From IMG/VR virus record IMGVR_UViG_3300046170_000302: DNA of 64,000 bases; one strand, written 5' to 3'. The position numbers and the translations under genes were made by a program. Positions 50,428-60,227 of the stretch are shown here, piece by piece. Within the stretch, counting starts at the first letter, position 1. Each line of letters starts with the position of its first letter. The notes under the pieces are model-generated. The model saw only the letters and a list, made by a program, of their open reading frames with translations, ran no database searches and was not told the DNA's origin. Source of the stretch: a virus. Taxonomy: Duplodnaviria; Caudoviricetes.

Positions 50428-50465
50428 TTGTTCATATAGACATATAAACATCTAGATGTTATACT

Positions 50466-50491
50466 GGGGGTGCTACAGCATCCCCTTTTTT
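50466..50491 (+). terminator. Intrinsic terminator
   Basis: GGGG-TGCT-AC-AGCA-T-CCCC followed by a T run. Confidence 0.7.
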
Positions 50492-50492
50492 T

Positions 50493-50702
50493 ATGAAAAA
50501 ATACCTTATAAACTTCATAACAAATCCAGGAACACTAACCTCCCTTCTGTTGTTTGGAATGATAGCACTGATAGGGGCACTGCATAACCATGCTCACTAT
50601 GAAATGACTATGGATGCAGATAGTTATGTGAGGCAATGGTGTAGAGCATCAGCAGAAAACAAAAAGACCTGCATCCGTTATGGCGGAGACATGGAATATT
50701 GA
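50493..50702 (+). CDS. Membrane hypothetical protein
   Basis: TM helix; HNHAHYEMTMDADSYVRQWC. Confidence 0.7.
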   Translation: MKKYLINFITNPGTLTSLLLFGMIALIGALHNHAHYEMTMDADSYVRQWCRASAENKKTCIRYGGDMEY

Positions 50703-50754
50703 CAAATGTTAAGAAAACATATATAATATAACATAACTTAACATAAAAGAATTT

Positions 50755-50966
50755 ATGACTGTAACTACTAATGAAAGAGGACAACAGAATTTGTTCGCCA
50801 AGGAACCTACAATGTATGTTTCTCAGACTGATGCTGAAAGATACGGTTATGAATCCTATGCAGAAAAGGCAGAGAAAGCTCAATGGTCGTGCCGCGATGG
50901 TTGGTTTCTTCTTTGCTATCTTTCTCATACTCATTGACCGGTAACATTTTCTTCGGTCTTATCTGA
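50755..50966 (+). CDS. hli: High-light inducible protein (two indels)
   Basis: MTVTTNERGQQNLFAKEP...AEK(L)NGRAAMVGF; TTGACA promoter at 50699. Confidence 0.85.
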
Positions 50967-51049
50967 TGACATTACTGGCATTATCTGGTATACTATTTGC
51001 GTCCTTTGTGGGCGCATCACTAATCACACAAACAGGAGAGGAATCATGA
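50966..51049 (+). CDS. Tiny membrane peptide (27 aa)
   Basis: MTLLALSGILFASFVGASLITQTGEES; coupled on both sides. Confidence 0.5.
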   Translation: MTLLALSGILFASFVGASLITQTGEES

Positions 51050-51153
51050 ACGAAAACGCAGAACGCATCAACGGTTGGGCAGCAATGCTCGGAATCATGG
51101 CAGCCATCGGCGCCTATGCTACAACTGGTCAAATCATTCCAGGCTTATGGTAA
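51046..51153 (+). CDS. hli: High-light inducible protein (35 aa)
   Basis: MNENAERINGWAAMLGIMAAIGAYATTGQIIPGLW. Confidence 0.93.
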   Translation: MNENAERINGWAAMLGIMAAIGAYATTGQIIPGLW

Positions 51154-51278
51154 TCGAACAAACAATATTATTTTGTTTGGTTCCTCTAATCTTCATGTTA
51201 TTGTTGGTAGAAGAGGAAGATGATGATAACGATATGGACGGGGGCATGATGGTTCCCGCATACCAAGGATCCCAATAA
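51147..51278 (+). CDS. Small membrane protein with acidic tail
   Basis: TM helix followed by EEEDDDNDMDGGMMVPAY. Confidence 0.6.
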   Translation: MVIEQTILFCLVPLIFMLLLVEEEDDDNDMDGGMMVPAYQGSQ

Positions 51279-51322
51279 GGGGTCCTTTTTTTCTAAATAC
51301 TGGTGCCACACCAGAACCAATA

Positions 51323-51775
51323 ATGGAAAATAATCCAGAAGAAATTAAGAAGGAAGATCCAAAAAAGAAAGGTATCCTCGGTAAACTAAAAGAGGCAGCA
51401 GATGACAAAGAAGAACAACTTGCTATTCTGTCTACTTTTGTTAGGCTTGGGATCCTTGTTTGGAGTGGCGGAATACTCACGTTGGCTTATATACAACTCC
51501 CCCCAGCTCTTGGTATTCCCGAACAAAAACTAGATCCAACTTTTATTGCATCTGTATTCACTGGAGTGCTTGCAACCTTTGGTGTTCAGGCAGCAAAGAA
51601 AAATGGAGATGGAACCTACAAAGCACAAGCAGTTACAGCTGGTGGTATCACCAAAGCTGATTTGAAAGAACTCATTGATGCTGCCAAAGAGACAGCACCA
51701 GCACAGGTGATTAGAGTAGAACAAGCTCCACTAGTTATTTCTGCAATTGATCCTAAAAAAGACTTGAAATCCTAA
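51323..51775 (+). CDS. Conserved two-TM membrane protein
   Basis: LSTFVRLGILVWSGGILTL...DPTFIASVFTGVLATFG. Confidence 0.75.
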   Translation: MENNPEEIKKEDPKKKGILGKLKEAADDKEEQLAILSTFVRLGILVWSGGILTLAYIQLPPALGIPEQKLDPTFIASVFTGVLATFGVQAAKKNGDGTYKAQAVTAGGITKADLKELIDAAKETAPAQVIRVEQAPLVISAIDPKKDLKS

Positions 51776-51835
51776 CAAATAGTTGTCTTAAACACACTCC
51801 ATATCTAATATAGATTATAGAGTTTTAAGAGAAAA

Positions 51836-51976
51836 ATGATCTCTTCACTAATGAACAATGGCCTCTTCTTAGGAGGTCTTTGTTATGCTTTAATAGTTGT
51901 GCCAGTAATAGGAATGCAACTAATCCATGAACATGGATGGCAACACTGGCAACCCTTTGATAAGGGGCACAAGTGA
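51836..51976 (+). CDS. Small membrane protein (46 aa)
   Basis: MISSLMNNGLFLGGLCYALIVVPVIGMQLIH..HGWQHW. Confidence 0.55.
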   Translation: MISSLMNNGLFLGGLCYALIVVPVIGMQLIHEHGWQHWQPFDKGHK

Positions 51977-52182
51977 ATCTAATACTAAGAACACATGAGA
52001 ACTTCAACGATCCAGTATGGAGTGTGATATGGTGTATTGTTATACTTTTGTTAGGAATTGGTTACTACATCTTATACATAATGAGAACTGCATTTTACGA
52101 GTTAGAACATGGGAGCCATGACACCACCCAGCAGAAAAAGCTGCTACAACTTTCGAGTCACGGAGATCAACCGTGTTCTTGA
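51973..52182 (+). CDS. Small membrane protein
   Basis: DPVWSVIWCIVILLLGIGYYI. Confidence 0.6.
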   Translation: MNLILRTHENFNDPVWSVIWCIVILLLGIGYYILYIMRTAFYELEHGSHDTTQQKKLLQLSSHGDQPCS

Positions 52183-52569
52183 TGGCGATACTATCGATGT
52201 CACCATTGATCTGGGGTTTGATCTATACAAGAAAGAAAGAGTTAGAGTTGCAGGAGTTGATACGCCAGAAAAGAGGACGAAGAACTTAGAGGAGAAGGCT
52301 CTTGGAATCGAAGCAACCAACTGGCTCAAAGAGAAACTGGAGAGTACTATCGCTGGTGATGATGAGTTGTCTGTTAGGACTGAACTTGTTGGTGGCGTCG
52401 GTAAATATGGGCCGTCTTCTTGGTTGGCTTTACATTGGGGACAGCAGACGTGTCCCTCAACGAACAAATGATTGAGGAAGGTTATGCTCACGCATACGAC
52501 GGAGGAACAAAAGACATGGATCTCGAAGCACTCAGAGAGATCAGAAGGGCGCACGGCACGTTGGTGTAG
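52109..52569 (+). CDS. Thermonuclease/SNase-like endonuclease (indels near 52415-52450)
   Basis: RVLDGDTID; RVAGVDTPE; (KY)GRLLGWLY; LNEQMIEEGYA.AYDGG. Confidence 0.85.
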
Positions 52570-52696
52570 AAGTGTTGTCTGTGGATCTACACCTTTTATC
52601 CCAGACTCCGAATTTGGAGGGGAAAACTGCGAACTAACTTGTAGTATTGCTAAAGATTAATTCTAAACTATATACTTTTAATTAGGAAAAGTAAAA

Positions 52697-52942
52697 ATGC
52701 AAAAAGTAATTAATGTTTTAGCAGTCCTGTCGTTTGTGGGAACTGCGGGTATCATTGGAGGTGGTACTGCGGTCTATCTCAATAAAGATTCTATTATTGA
52801 GAATGCAAAGAACCAAATTGCAGCAGCTGCTGGTGAAGCAATTGCAGGACAACTTCCTGGAATGATGGATGCTGGTATGCCAGAACTTCCTAGTGCTACT
52901 GGTGGAGCTGTTCCTATGGGTGGAAGTGCACTTCCTTTCTGA
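52697..52942 (+). CDS. Membrane hypothetical protein
   Basis: MQKVINVLAVLSF. Confidence 0.75.
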   Translation: MQKVINVLAVLSFVGTAGIIGGGTAVYLNKDSIIENAKNQIAAAAGEAIAGQLPGMMDAGMPELPSATGGAVPMGGSALPF

Positions 52943-53749
52943 TGGATATCCCTGAGATCGTTGTCCCTAATACGAGTGTCAATATTAGTGACATTCGTAA
53001 TTTGAATATCGATGTAATGCCTGATTGGATGAGAGATCCTCCTCAGGCATTACCAATTTACCCACCCGTGTCTACACAGGTGGGTGTTCCTATTGTTAAT
53101 ATACCTGGATGTGTTGAGTCTCATAGAGATAGTAGTGAGAATCAAACACTGAAAGAAGAGGACAGGGATGGTGTTAGAGTTTTCTGTGATGCAGGGACAC
53201 CTAGTTATAGTCCATTAGATTATGACCCACGTAGATTAGAAGTAACTACAACATCTCCACCTCCACCACCATATAAAGCACCAGAATCAAAACCACCACC
53301 AACTCCTGATGCACCACCAACTCCTAAAACTGATGCTGCAATCGCAGAGTGTCCGAGTAGAGCACAAGAATTAAAAAACCCTGTAGGAAAAATCCTAGAG
53401 GGTAATAAAAAGATTACTGGGTATGAGACCGTAGGAAAAGAATGTCTCCCCGTATTTGAAAATTTAAATATACCAGATCAGATTGTCCAGAACATACCAT
53501 CAGCAGGTATGATAACTGTCACTGCATCTATCGCCTGTGGTGGCAACGACCTCGGCACTGCTCGCAAAACCTCTTGCTGACCTTTTGTTAAAAGTGGTGA
53601 AACCTGTGACGAAGAAGGTTGTGAAGAAGATTGCTGCCTTACGGGGTAAGAAACCCCCGGTATTGTCTGCGACTGAGAGGAAGGCGGAGCAACGGGACCG
53701 GAACCGGGCGATAAAGGTCTTACGTTCGGCACTGAAACCGAAGGGATAG
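52942..53749 (+). CDS. Pro-rich hypothetical protein with C-terminal membrane segment (frameshift near 53535)
   Basis: VNIPGCVESH; joins ORF 53537..53749 ATTSALLAKPLADLLLKVVKP. Confidence 0.7.
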
Positions 53750-54560
53750 AATGACGATGTTGCTTGACGGTAGTTACATTTTGTACTACAACGTCAGCAC
53801 ATATTTTATAGTAAGGGCTACGTGGGTGGAAACTGATTCCCCTCTGCATCAATTCGCCACAATTCTTAAGTCTCGCAATCTCAAAGTCTAATCTTTTATT
53901 GGCAAGCATTTGACCCTGTAAAGCAATTTGTGTCTCTGCTGCTTGTTTACAACGTTCTTGTAGTCCACCATCAAGTGGAAAAGAAATTGTTGCAGATAAT
54001 CCAAGACTGGTGCTGTAGTTTTTAGTGTCACCAGTTCTTACTGGTTTCTCCCAGAGTTCTGCTCCTGGATTATCGGGCACACCATCTCCCATCATTTCCA
54101 TAACTGTGATGGGCATGTCTGCACCATCTTCATAGGCACGAACAGTTTCACCTTCTGAGTTTGTATATGTCCTATCATCATAATGTTCAGACCAAGGCCA
54201 GTTCTTCACATTCTTCTGAACTTCTACTAACTGACCTTCAAAATCTCTTCCATCATATTGAGGTTCCATATAGTGTGTCTCAAATGGATCCTTCTCATTA
54301 CGAGCATGAGTAATGAATGGTGTGATGTTAGCAGTCGGTCCTTGACATGCGATACCACCACCGTATTGATTAGTGATATATGGACCTTGTAAGACCTGAA
54401 TAGCTTGGTTGGTCACTGAGCCTGAACTGTTTGCGATTGGGTTTGCAGTCGCAGAAACACCTCCCACATCAGCAGCACTGACGGGGGAGGCGATAAGAAG
54501 TGATATTACTGGGTAAAGATACTTGTGGTATCTGTGATGCTTGTAACCTCTGTTGTTCTT
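53478..54560 (-). CDS. Secreted hypothetical protein (both ends uncertain)
   Basis: LYPVISLLIASPVSA-ADVGGVSATANP; NQAIQVLQGPY; ATISFPLDGGLQERC; merged with the upstream gene in the ORF track by an indel. Confidence 0.7.
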   Translation of the reverse strand, partial: KNNRGYKHHRYHKYLYPVISLLIASPVSAADVGGVSATANPIANSSGSVTNQAIQVLQGPYITNQYGGGIACQGPTANITPFITHARNEKDPFETHYMEPQYDGRDFEGQLVEVQKNVKNWPWSEHYDDRTYTNSEGETVRAYEDGADMPITVMEMMGDGVPDNPGAELWEKPVRTGDTKNYSTSLGLSATISFPLDGGLQERCKQAAETQIALQGQMLANKRLDFEIARLKNCGELMQRGISFHPRSPYYKICADVVVQNVTTVKQHRHSIPSVSVPNVRPLSPGSGPVAPPSSQSQTIPGVSYPVRQQSSSQPSSSQVSPLLTKGQQEVLRAVPRSLPPQAIDAVTVIIPADGMFWTI

Positions 54561-54977
54561 TGAATCACAGTTTGATTCGTTACACCCGGTCCCATGTAGG
54601 TCTGAGAGAACTGAAATGCTGCTCCTGGTTCTGCGATTGTGAAACTCTGTCCACTTTAATTCGAGACCAGAGTTGGCGCTTGTTACTTGCCCCTCTGTTC
54701 CTCCTAATGGATTCACTATCACTGAGTTTGTCGTTGGGTTCGGACTGAGGGATTGTCCCCCGTTCGTCACGTTTGTTCCCGATACTGAATATTGCCATCC
54801 TGTTGCATAATCTATAGAGTTAATAGTTTCAGTCACCTTCGATGTTGTCTCTGTGTGACTCGTCATGCTTCCCTGAGTGAAGTTTGGCACTACAGGGACC
54901 GCCAGGGCAGCGGCAGGAATAAGACTTACTCCCACCGCAGACATCACAATATATATGATTGTCTTTCCAGAAGTCAT
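54506..54977 (-). CDS. Secreted Thr/Ser-rich protein (one indel near 54655)
   Basis: Signal peptide then VPVVPNFTQGSMTSHTET; corrected end TEVTSITDTTSIFTQ*. Confidence 0.7.
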
Positions 54978-54997
54978 GTTTTCTGACCTCCATTTAT

Positions 54998-55492
54998 TTA
55001 GTGTAGAATCGTGAGCTCACTGACGAATTGACCAGTAGCATTTGTACCAGCTCCACCAGCCGTCAAAGTAATAGCACCAGCAGTACTAAGAGTACCAGCT
55101 AGAGAACCAGCAGCTCCTGCAGTTGTAGATGTAATATTGCCAAAGTTTGCTACATCACCAACAGTGACTGCACTGGTTGGGATTGCATCTGCCTGTGTAT
55201 AAGACTGAGAGAAACTAAAGGAACTACCAGGATTATCCTGAGTAGCAGCAATTGTGCCTGGGGCATAAATTCCACTGGAAATTGCACCAGTAGAAATTGT
55301 ATTAACTGTTGTTCCGTCAGTAGTATCTACACCGCTGCCTGAAATTGAGAAGTTACTACCAAGTCTTGTGACATTAGTAGCAGCTGCATCAACGGTTAAT
55401 TGAACACTAGAAGATAACTTATGAGTAAGAGCACCTGCATTTGCTGCTGGTGCGGTCATCAATAACATTATGAAAGGTAAAAACCGTTTCAT
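54998..55492 (-). CDS. Secreted beta-rich Gly/Thr/Ala protein
   Basis: MKRFLPFIMLLMTAPAANA; SSVQLTVD; AGTNATGQFVSELTI; late-like CTAAATA on the minus strand. Confidence 0.75.
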   Translation of the reverse strand: MKRFLPFIMLLMTAPAANAGALTHKLSSSVQLTVDAAATNVTRLGSNFSISGSGVDTTDGTTVNTISTGAISSGIYAPGTIAATQDNPGSSFSFSQSYTQADAIPTSAVTVGDVANFGNITSTTAGAAGSLAGTLSTAGAITLTAGGAGTNATGQFVSELTILH

Positions 55493-55625
55493 AGTAAACC
55501 GAGAAGGGTATGTGTGCTATTTAGAAACTAAATTATTTGATACAATGTTAAAGTATCACTACAAACATTTCACATAATCAATTAAATAGATTAAATAGTT
55601 ATTCACCAAAAACAAATTAAATAAA

Positions 55626-55892
55626 ATGTATTCCAAGGAAACATCTGACTTATTTGTCAGTCGAAAGGAATGTCCAAAATGTGGAGCAGTGTGGTTAAAT
55701 GGTCAACACATATGGAGCACTGGTCGTAAAGGTGATGAAGAAACTCTAAGTAACCTTGTGTGTAGTATCAAAAATGATCCACAATGTATTAACTCAAAAC
55801 ATAAGGTAGGTCATGTCTACGGTGATAAAGACACTTGGGAAAAGAGAAGTAAATTCGTTAAACAAAAATTGAAGGAGATTGACGATGCCTAA
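55626..55892 (+). CDS. Zn-ribbon-like hypothetical protein
   Basis: ECPKCGAVWLNGQHIW; LVC..C. Confidence 0.75.
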   Translation: MYSKETSDLFVSRKECPKCGAVWLNGQHIWSTGRKGDEETLSNLVCSIKNDPQCINSKHKVGHVYGDKDTWEKRSKFVKQKLKEIDDA

Positions 55893-56040
55893 AGGTAAAA
55901 TGTTGAAGTATGAAATGGAATCTCATCTTTATAGGTTAAAGAATGAACTACACAGTAGGTCAGGAGTGTGTGAATCTAAAGGTCTAGCTGATGAGTATCT
56001 CAATAGGGTCTTAGATAAACTTCAAGAGTTTAGATACTAA
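55885..56040 (+). CDS. Hypothetical protein (51 aa)
   Basis: MPKGKMLKYE...YLNRVLDKLQEFRY; SD AAGGAG. Confidence 0.65.
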   Translation: MPKGKMLKYEMESHLYRLKNELHSRSGVCESKGLADEYLNRVLDKLQEFRY

Positions 56041-56086
56041 GCTAAGCCCAACCTTTATCGGTAACAAACCTATTGTAGTCAAAACC

Positions 56087-56157
56087 AATACCCTTGTTAA
56101 GTACCAGTTCTCTAAGTGGAACACCAACTTAACAGGGGTATTTCTTTGTGGTATGAT
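56087..56157 (+). promoter_or_regulatory. psbA promoter (TTAACA-17-TATGAT) with a CCAGTT-N4-AAGTGG box inside a 16-bp inverted repeat
   Basis: AATACCCTTGTTAAGT (56087-56102) / ACTTAACAGGGGTATT (56127-56142). Confidence 0.6.
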
Positions 56158-56249
56158 AACAGGGTAAACAAAACTTTACATAAATAAACCAGTTACTTGT
56201 GTTGGTTTCAACATAAGTGTTTATACTTACTCCCCCTAAACCAAGACCT

Positions 56250-56349
56250 ATAGGGAGTTTAAAAACGTCTTTAATACCTGTATCTAAGGGTGATACAGGA
56301 ATAGTAAAACCATCATTTCCCTGATGATCTTACTTTTAAGTACATTACA
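56250..56349 (+). ncRNA. PhotoRC-II-like psbA leader RNA
   Basis: CGTCTTTAATAC-CTGTATC..GATACAG-GAATAGTAAAAC-CATCA..TGATG; position upstream of psbA. Confidence 0.7.
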
Positions 56350-57429
56350 ATGGCTTCAACACTTTCAAGGCAACAATCACAATCCACATGGAATGACTTC
56401 TGTGACTGGGTTACCTCTACCAACAACCGTCTGTATGTCGGTTGGTTCGGTGTACTGATGATCCCAACTCTGTTGGCGGCTACCATCTGTTTCATTATTG
56501 CATTCGTAGGTGCTCCTCCTGTGGACATCGACGGTATCCGTGAACCCGTTGCTGGTTCACTCATGTATGGCAACAACATCATCTCTGGTGCTGTCGTTCC
56601 TTCCTCCAATGCAATCGGTCTACATTTCTACCCCATCTGGGAAGCAGCCTCACTCGATGAGTGGCTTTACAATGGCGGTCCTTTCCAACTGGTAGTCTTC
56701 CACTTCCTTATCGGCATCTACGCTTATATGGGACGTGAGTGGGAACTTTCTTATCGTTTGGGTATGAGACCCTGGATCTGTGTGGCATATTCCGCACCTG
56801 TAGCTGCAGCGAGTGCAGTATTCCTGGTCTATCCTTTCGGTCAAGGTTCTTTCTCCGACGCGATGCCCCTGGGTATCTCTGGTACATTCAACTACATGTT
56901 GGTCTTCCAAGCAGAACATAACATCCTGATGCACCCCTTCCACATGTTGGGAGTTGCTGGTGTCTTCGGTGGTTCACTCTTCTCGGCAATGCATGGTTCA
57001 CTGGTTACTTCTTCTTTGGTTCGTGAAACGACCGAGCAAGAGTCACAGAACTATGGTTATAAGTTCGGACAAGAGGAAGAGACCTATAACATCGTCGCAG
57101 CTCATGGCTACTTCGGTCGTCTCATCTTCCAATACGCTTCTTTCAACAACTCTAGAAGTCTTCACTTCTTCTTGGCAGCCTGGCCTGTTGTAGGTATCTG
57201 GTTCACCGCACTTGGTGTTTCCACGATGGCCTTCAACCTGAACGGTTTCAACTTCAACCAGTCCATCGTTGATGGTCAGTCCCGTGTTATCAACACCTGG
57301 GCCGACGTTCTCAACAGAGCTGGACTTGGTATGGAAGTTATGCATGAGAGAAACGCTCACAACTTCCCACTCGACCTGGCAGCAGCTGAGTCTACTCCTG
57401 TAGCACTCACCGCTCCTTCCATCGGTTGA
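56350..57429 (+). CDS. psbA: Photosystem II D1 protein, uninterrupted
   Basis: [14 protein letters not shown]; [13 protein letters not shown]. Confidence 0.99.
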   Translation: MASTLSRQQSQSTWNDFCDWVTSTNNRLYVGWFGVLMIPTLLAATICFIIAFVGAPPVDIDGIREPVAGSLMYGNNIISGAVVPSSNAIGLHFYPIWEAASLDEWLYNGGPFQLVVFHFLIGIYAYMGREWELSYRLGMRPWICVAYSAPVAAASAVFLVYPFGQGSFSDAMPLGISGTFNYMLVFQAEHNILMHPFHMLGVAGVFGGSLFSAMHGSLVTSSLVRETTEQESQNYGYKFGQEEETYNIVAAHGYFGRLIFQYASFNNSRSLHFFLAAWPVVGIWFTALGVSTMAFNLNGFNFNQSIVDGQSRVINTWADVLNRAGLGMEVMHERNAHNFPLDLAAAESTPVALTAPSIG

Positions 57430-57453
57430 TATAACACCTGATACGTGTTACAA

Positions 57454-57479
57454 TAAGAGGGACTTCGGTCCCTCTTTTT
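57454..57479 (+). terminator. Intrinsic terminator
   Basis: AAGAGGGAC-TTCG-GTCCCTCTT followed by a T run. Confidence 0.88.
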
Positions 57480-57506
57480 CTTTATTCTTTAATGTGAAGT
57501 TTTATT

Positions 57507-57713
57507 ATGATTGAACTTTTAACTTACTATGTTATTGGTGGAGCACTACTAGTTGGAGCTCCTGCTGTGTTCTTCCTTATCGCTTTTATGCCAGCCCTTC
57601 AAAATACGAAAGGTCGTATGGTTGGATATAAGGATCGGAAAGCATATGGTGACATCTCTTCTTACGAGAACTCACCCACAGATCAAACTAAATTCTTTTT
57701 AGAACTGAACTAA
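57507..57713 (+). CDS. Small membrane protein
   Basis: TM helix; PALQNTKGRMVGYKD..YGD. Confidence 0.7.
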   Translation: MIELLTYYVIGGALLVGAPAVFFLIAFMPALQNTKGRMVGYKDRKAYGDISSYENSPTDQTKFFLELN

Positions 57714-57715
57714 TC

Positions 57716-57949
57716 ATGTCCTGTAAAACTTTAAGAACAGATATTCTCTCTGCACTTAGAAGTGCAGCAGAAGGAAATATTCAAAAGGCAAGGATCAACA
57801 TTGAGGTTTACTTGCACAACCCTGTTGGTATCGGTGAACACCCAGATGTGTTAGCTGCCATTCAGGATCAACTCGATGTTATTGCACACGAAGAGGAACG
57901 TATTCAAGTAATTGAAAAGCACTTCTCTTCACATACTCACTCAGAATAA
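57716..57949 (+). CDS. Conserved hypothetical protein
   Basis: NIEVYLHNPVGIGEHPDVLAAIQDQLD. Confidence 0.75.
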   Translation: MSCKTLRTDILSALRSAAEGNIQKARINIEVYLHNPVGIGEHPDVLAAIQDQLDVIAHEEERIQVIEKHFSSHTHSE

Positions 57950-59004
57950 ATGGCAACATCTACACTTGCACCCCCTACTAGGGGGTGGTTCGATCTTTTA
58001 GACGACTGGTTAAAAAGAGACAGATTTGTATTCATAGGATGGTCCGGTGTTCTTCTTCTACCTACTGCTTACCTTGCAATTGGGGGCTGGCTTACTGGCA
58101 CAACTTTCGTTACGAGCTGGTATACCCATGGTCTCGCTAGTTCCTATCTTGAGGGTTCTAACTTTCTTACGGCAGCTGTTAGTACTCCAGCTGATGCTAT
58201 GGGTCATTCTCTTCTTCTCCTCTGGGGTCCAGAGGCTCAGGGGGATTTCGTCCGATGGTGTCAACTTGGGGGACTCTGGAATTTTGTGGCACTCCACGGA
58301 GCCTTTGCTCTCATTGGTTTCATGCTTCGACAGTTTGAAATCTCTCGTCTCGTAGGAATTAGACCGTACAATGCTATTGCGTTCTCTGGGCCTATCGCTG
58401 TTTTTGTCAGTGTGTTTCTCATCTATCCACTCGGACAGTCCAGTTGGTTCTTTGCACCGTCGTTTGGTGTTGCAGCGATATTTAGGTTCCTGTTGTTCCT
58501 TCAGGGTTTCCACAACTGGACGCTCAACCCATTCCATATGATGGGAGTTGCAGGTATCCTAGGTGGAGCACTACTCAGTGCTATCCACGGTGTCACAGTA
58601 GAGAATACATTGTATGAAGATGGTGAACAGGCAAACACATTCAAAGCATTTGACTCAACCCAAGAGGAAGAGACTTACTCTATGGTTACAGCCAACAGAT
58701 TCTGGTCTCAAATTTTTGGTATCGCTTTTAGTAACAAGCGCTGGCTTCATTTCTTTATGTTATTTGTTCCAGTTATGGGGCTCTGGACTAGTAGTATTGG
58801 GATTATTGGGCTTGCTCTTAATCTTCGTGCTTACGACTTTGTGAGTCAAGAGATCAGAGCAGCAGAAGATCCAGAGTTTGAAACCTTCTACACAAAAACA
58901 TTCTCTTGAATGAAGGACTACGTGCATGGTTGGCACCAGTTGATCAACCACATGAGTCATTCGTATTCCCAGAAGAAGTATTACCTAGAGGTAACGCACT
59001 ATGA
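57950..59004 (+). CDS. psbD: Photosystem II D2 protein (1-nt deletion near 58900)
   Basis: [16 protein letters not shown]; corrected end (KNI)[33 protein letters not shown]. Confidence 0.97.
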
Positions 59005-59246
59005 TTAAATCTCTATTCAGTTTGGTATTTGCAGCTCTAATGTGGGTTCAAGTACCTCAGTGGAAAGATGATTGGTCTAAGTGTGCTGTTGATGTACCTG
59101 ACACAGCATGTCACTGGTACATCGTGGCACCAGATAGCACCATGGGAGAGGGGTTCGATTGGGCCACCGCTCCCTGGTTCTCAGTCGAAGGATTGAGAGA
59201 CATTGGTGAACTCAAAAACACAGTCCAGTCTCTACAGGAGGCATAA
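59001..59246 (+). CDS. Hypothetical protein
   Basis: [23 protein letters not shown]. Confidence 0.75.
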   Translation: MIKSLFSLVFAALMWVQVPQWKDDWSKCAVDVPDTACHWYIVAPDSTMGEGFDWATAPWFSVEGLRDIGELKNTVQSLQEA

Positions 59247-59452
59247 TGAATAACTTCGAAGTCATTTTATACTTCGTCTGCTTCGCTGCTATTGGTGGCG
59301 GTGCCTTTGCTATGATGTGGTCTAACATCCAATCTATTAACATAGAGATGGCAAAACCTAAACCACGTCACCCTGAAGCACCACAAGCAGGTGAAGAACT
59401 GATGTATGTGGATTTAAGTAGAGAAAAACTAGAGGATTTGTATAATGATTAA
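59246..59452 (+). CDS. Small membrane protein (DUF2973-like)
   Basis: AFAMMWSNI; RHPEAPQAGEELMYV. Confidence 0.65.
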   Translation: MNNFEVILYFVCFAAIGGGAFAMMWSNIQSINIEMAKPKPRHPEAPQAGEELMYVDLSREKLEDLYND

Positions 59453-59843
59453 GTCATTAGGATTCTTACTACTCCGTCTATCGATAGGCATCATGCTTAT
59501 CCATCACGGATACGAGAAACTAGATAACATTGAAAACTTTGCGGATGCATTTGTAAGACCATTACATCTTCCGTTTCCAATCTTCTTCTCATACGTTGCA
59601 GCTTTCTCTGAGATTGTAGGAAGTTGGTTGGTCATCTTTGGACTTGTTACTAGGTTGGGTGCCTTAGCAATCTTAGGCACTGTATCATTTGGAATCTATC
59701 ACGCTTTAGTTACAGCTGGATTCAACATCTATCTGTTAGAACTCTTAGTTCTTTACTGGGGAGGTGCAGCTTGTATCGTTCTCGGTGGTGGTGGTAACTT
59801 CTCAATAGATCATTTGATACTAAGAAGACTTAAAGGAGTATAA
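59445..59843 (+). CDS. DoxX family membrane protein
   Basis: LLRLSIG..LIHHGYEKL; EIVGSWLV.FGL.TRLGA; SID. Confidence 0.85.
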   Translation: MIKSLGFLLLRLSIGIMLIHHGYEKLDNIENFADAFVRPLHLPFPIFFSYVAAFSEIVGSWLVIFGLVTRLGALAILGTVSFGIYHALVTAGFNIYLLELLVLYWGGAACIVLGGGGNFSIDHLILRRLKGV

Positions 59844-59873
59844 ATTTATACCCTAATAACAGGAAATACACAC

Positions 59874-59907
59874 GGAGGGTTGACCCTCCTTTTTTTGTGT
59901 GTATAAT
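59874..59907 (+). terminator. Terminator with embedded -35 (TTGACC-16-TATAAT)
   Basis: GGAGGG-TTGA-CCCTCC followed by a T run, then TATAAT. Confidence 0.7.
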
Positions 59908-59931
59908 TAGTGTATGTAATTTTGTTTTTAC

Positions 59932-60225
59932 ATGGATCATTCAGTAACACTACAATATCCTGACGGTCGTGAGGAGAAGTTCACTTGTCCAGAGGACGAG
60001 TACATCTTAGATGTGGCAGAAGAAAAAGGATTTGATCTTCCTTATTCATGTAGGGCAGGTGCTTGTTCCTCATGTTGTGGAAAGATTGTTTCTGGAACTC
60101 TGGATCAAAGCGATCAATCCTTCCTAGATGATGAACAAGTGGAAGCAGGGTTCGCTATGTTGTGCGTATCCTATCCAAGTTCTGATCTGGTAATTAAAGC
60201 AGAAGCAGAAGAGGAACTATACTAA
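59932..60225 (+). CDS. petF: Plant-type [2Fe-2S] ferredoxin
   Basis: [16 protein letters not shown]; QSDQSFLDD; LCVSYP. Confidence 0.95.
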   Translation: MDHSVTLQYPDGREEKFTCPEDEYILDVAEEKGFDLPYSCRAGACSSCCGKIVSGTLDQSDQSFLDDEQVEAGFAMLCVSYPSSDLVIKAEAEEELY

Positions 60226-60227
60226 AA

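Noticed and set aside
53478-54977. Single 499-aa minus-strand protein in the ORF track
   Set aside because: A one-base insertion near 54655 fuses two genes. A second signal peptide appears mid-ORF, and the corrected first gene stops at 54506.
56350-59004. Introns or homing endonuclease in the psbA-psbD region
   Set aside because: psbA is an uninterrupted 359-aa ORF; only two small hypothetical ORFs separate it from psbD.
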